From a virus (Duplodnaviria > Caudoviricetes), in IMG/VR virus record IMGVR_UViG_3300031992_000079, positions 1-64,000 of that record: a stretch of DNA of 64,000 nucleotides; one strand, given 5' to 3'. The notes under the pieces were generated by a model that searched no databases, was not told where the DNA came from, and worked only from the letters and a program-made list of their open reading frames with translations. Positions 62,624 to 64,000 of the stretch are shown here, in pieces. The stretch's first letter is position 1; each line of letters starts with the position of its first letter. The position numbers and the translations under genes are program-made.

Positions 62624-62760
62624 GACCTGTCAAATACTTCCAAACGCACAGGTCTGTATGCACTTACACCATAGTCCCCTGACCTATAGGGCCCTGGTCT
62701 TCCTGAGGACTACCAGACTTTACTGGACTTCCCTTTCGTGAAAAGGAGTACGTGCTACAT
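62624..62760 (-). ncRNA. Unknown structured RNA in the tRNA cluster
   Basis: TGTA-GCAC/GTGC-A-TACA closing stem, CCTTT/AAAGG, CCAG/CTGG, TAGTCC/GGACTA, terminal GACCTGT/ACAGGTC. Confidence 0.5.
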
Positions 62761-62774
62761 ACTTTTCATTGGGG

Positions 62775-62850
62775 TGTGCATCTGTGGCACCATCTGCTAG
62801 CTGACACGTGGCCAGTCGTGGTAATTCAAACCCACTTACACAGATGCACA
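62775..62850 (-). ncRNA. Circularly permuted tRNA-like RNA (YrlA/Y RNA-like architecture)
   Basis: 12-bp terminal stem enclosing a T-arm-like hairpin, a loop-closed acceptor-like stem and a D-arm-like hairpin, in that order. Confidence 0.55.
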
Positions 62851-62854
62851 AAAC

Positions 62855-62929
62855 TGGTGGCCCCACTAGGACTCGAACCTAGACTCTTGCAGTTATGAGC
62901 TGCTTGCTTCTCCTTTAAGCTATGGGGCC
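62855..62929 (-). tRNA. tRNA(CAU), most like Ile2 (lysidine type)
   Basis: GGCCCCA/TGGGGCC-A-CCA acceptor matches E. coli Ile2 (GGCCCC) rather than Met; CTCATAA loop. Confidence 0.75.
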
Positions 62930-63036
62930 AAAAGAGTCTTATGCAGACTCCAAAATTATGATTTCAAAAATCAGGCGAAGATAATCAAGTTTAAGTTAAA
63001 AACAAAAACCTGAGGATTGACCTCATCTAGATTGTA

Positions 63037-63198
63037 CTATCTGAATATTCTTTTATCAACACCATAAAAGACAATAGCACCAAATACCTGTCCTGCTAGT
63101 AGATTAAGCCATAGAGGTAAGTATGGTGCTAAACACTGCATAAGAGGGTACATTACTATACCACTGATTATCCATCTAATAAGGTATATCCAGAACAT
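63037..63198 (-). CDS. Small two-TM membrane protein (53 aa)
   Basis: Read from the sequence: MFWIYLIRWIISGIVMYPLMQCLAPYLPLWLNLLAGQVFGAIVFYGVDKRIFR. Confidence 0.6.
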   Translation of the reverse strand: MFWIYLIRWIISGIVMYPLMQCLAPYLPLWLNLLAGQVFGAIVFYGVDKRIFR

Positions 63199-63209
63199 TC
63201 TATATCCAT

Positions 63210-63282
63210 AAAAAAAGGGCCTTTCTCTGGTCCGCTGTACATAGTACTGAAGCGTAGAAAGGCTCGATCACTTGGTATTATA
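63210..63282 (-). promoter_or_regulatory. TATAAT followed by a terminator-like leader hairpin
   Basis: TATAAT at 63282-63277; GCCTTTCT/AGAAAGGC stem with inner CGCT/AGCG; T7 tract. Confidence 0.45.
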
Positions 63283-63365
63283 CTATTATTCTGAGCAGAG
63301 CAGTAAAAAGATGCAAAGCGGTAGAAACCAAATTAATAGAAAAACCAGTAAGAAAAGCATCTACT

Positions 63366-63590
63366 CTATTTATCCTTTACTCCTGGATGTAACCAAACCT
63401 TTATATACTCATAATCTATAGGTTTTACTCCAACCACATTATACCTACCAAAACCAAGTAGAGCATCATCATTCTGCTTTACTGGTTTAGGAAGTAATGT
63501 TCTCTCTTCTCCATTACCACTCCAGTCATTCATTACTAATTCTATCTTAGTATTCTCTGTTAGAAACAGTCTTAACTCTCTGAATTTCAT
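63366..63590 (-). CDS. Hypothetical protein
   Basis: GAGGTGA RBS. Confidence 0.55.
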   Translation of the reverse strand: MKFRELRLFLTENTKIELVMNDWSGNGEERTLLPKPVKQNDDALLGFGRYNVVGVKPIDYEYIKVWLHPGVKDK

Positions 63591-63753
63591 CTTTCACCTC
63601 TATTGTAACCAAAGGGCTAGTAGTACCATCTGGTTTCTTCCATTGTAATTCCATTACCCAAGTAGCATAGTAATCTGGCTTATCTGAGTAAGAGACACCT
63701 TGTTCTTTCTCATAAACCAGTTGCTTAGCATACTCATCAGGGTCATATCTCAT
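63547..63753 (-). CDS. Hypothetical protein
   Basis: 4-nt overlap with the DUF3310 gene. Confidence 0.45.
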   Translation of the reverse strand: MRYDPDEYAKQLVYEKEQGVSYSDKPDYYATWVMELQWKKPDGTTSPLVTIEVKDEIQRVKTVSNREY

Positions 63754-63971
63754 TTTGATTCCTTAATAAGTCTTTCCAGATACCACATAGCTTTCTTTAA
63801 ATCCTCTGTACCATTCTTATGCTTATACCTCCAGAGATATTTAAGTACATTACCAAGACAGAATGCTTCTATACCCTTGGCTCCATTACCTTCGGTAATA
63901 TCTTTAATTACATCAATACATTCATATTTACCATAGGTGTAGTGACTTGGCTTATTTACATTAGCATACAC
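63750..63971 (-). CDS. DUF3310 (SaV-like) protein
   Basis: VNKPSHYT...ECID...FCLGNVLKYLWRY..KNG.EDL.KA.WYL. Confidence 0.85.
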   Translation of the reverse strand: MYANVNKPSHYTYGKYECIDVIKDITEGNGAKGIEAFCLGNVLKYLWRYKHKNGTEDLKKAMWYLERLIKESK

Positions 63972-64000
63972 CTTGTCATATTCTGTAAGTTCTTTTGTAT

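Noticed and set aside
62700-62745. RNase P RNA (GGGAAGTCC resembles GAGGAAAGUCC)
   Set aside because: Too short, and the 3' P4 partner (AGAA..CGGCUUA) is absent
62770-62854. HDV-like theta ribozyme after tRNA-Ile2
   Set aside because: GAC-TGGCCACGT-GTC resembles P3/L3, but no P1 pairing to the sequence after CCA and no P1.1/J4-2 layout could be built
1-64000. Stop-codon reassignment
   Set aside because: Core genes, including the 14.6-kb vRNAP, are intact in the standard code; no suppressor tRNA seen
1-64000. CRISPR array, DGR, retron, integrase
   Set aside because: No regular repeat-spacer array, reverse transcriptase, TR/VR pair or recombinase seen in this window

Overview
The window is most of an N4-like (Schitoviridae-type) lytic phage genome from a Gram-negative host (embedded Rz/Rz1 spanins). 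The low GC and several accessory genes suggest a gut or rumen anaerobe, but that is inference. The assembly is probably circularly permuted, with the physical ends near 16.3-16.5 kb. Leftward from about 16.3 kb on the minus strand are C-GAA-G hairpin promoters of the virion-RNAP type, a tandem array of 17 small related early genes, the split RNAP II (N4 gp15/gp16-like), a Csx20-like putative ring nuclease, a MoxR ATPase/vWA pair, an orphan holin plus lysozyme-like pair, and a Dda-like helicase. From 16.5 to 18.4 kb lie the spanins, a GH24 endolysin and dUTPase. The plus strand from 18.5 to 60.9 kb carries portal, scaffold, major capsid, an expanded set of ejection proteins, a 4858-aa virion RNA polymerase, terminase and a modular tail cluster. 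The minus strand from 61.4 to 62.9 kb is a tRNA cluster (Ile2, Leu, Trp, Gln, Asn, Thr). It also contains an HNH endonuclease, a non-canonical tRNA, a circularly permuted tRNA-like (Y RNA-like) element and a second unknown structured RNA. The strongest leads are the early paralog array, the tRNA-mimic RNAs and the Csx20-like protein. All family calls come from motif recognition by eye; no searches were run.
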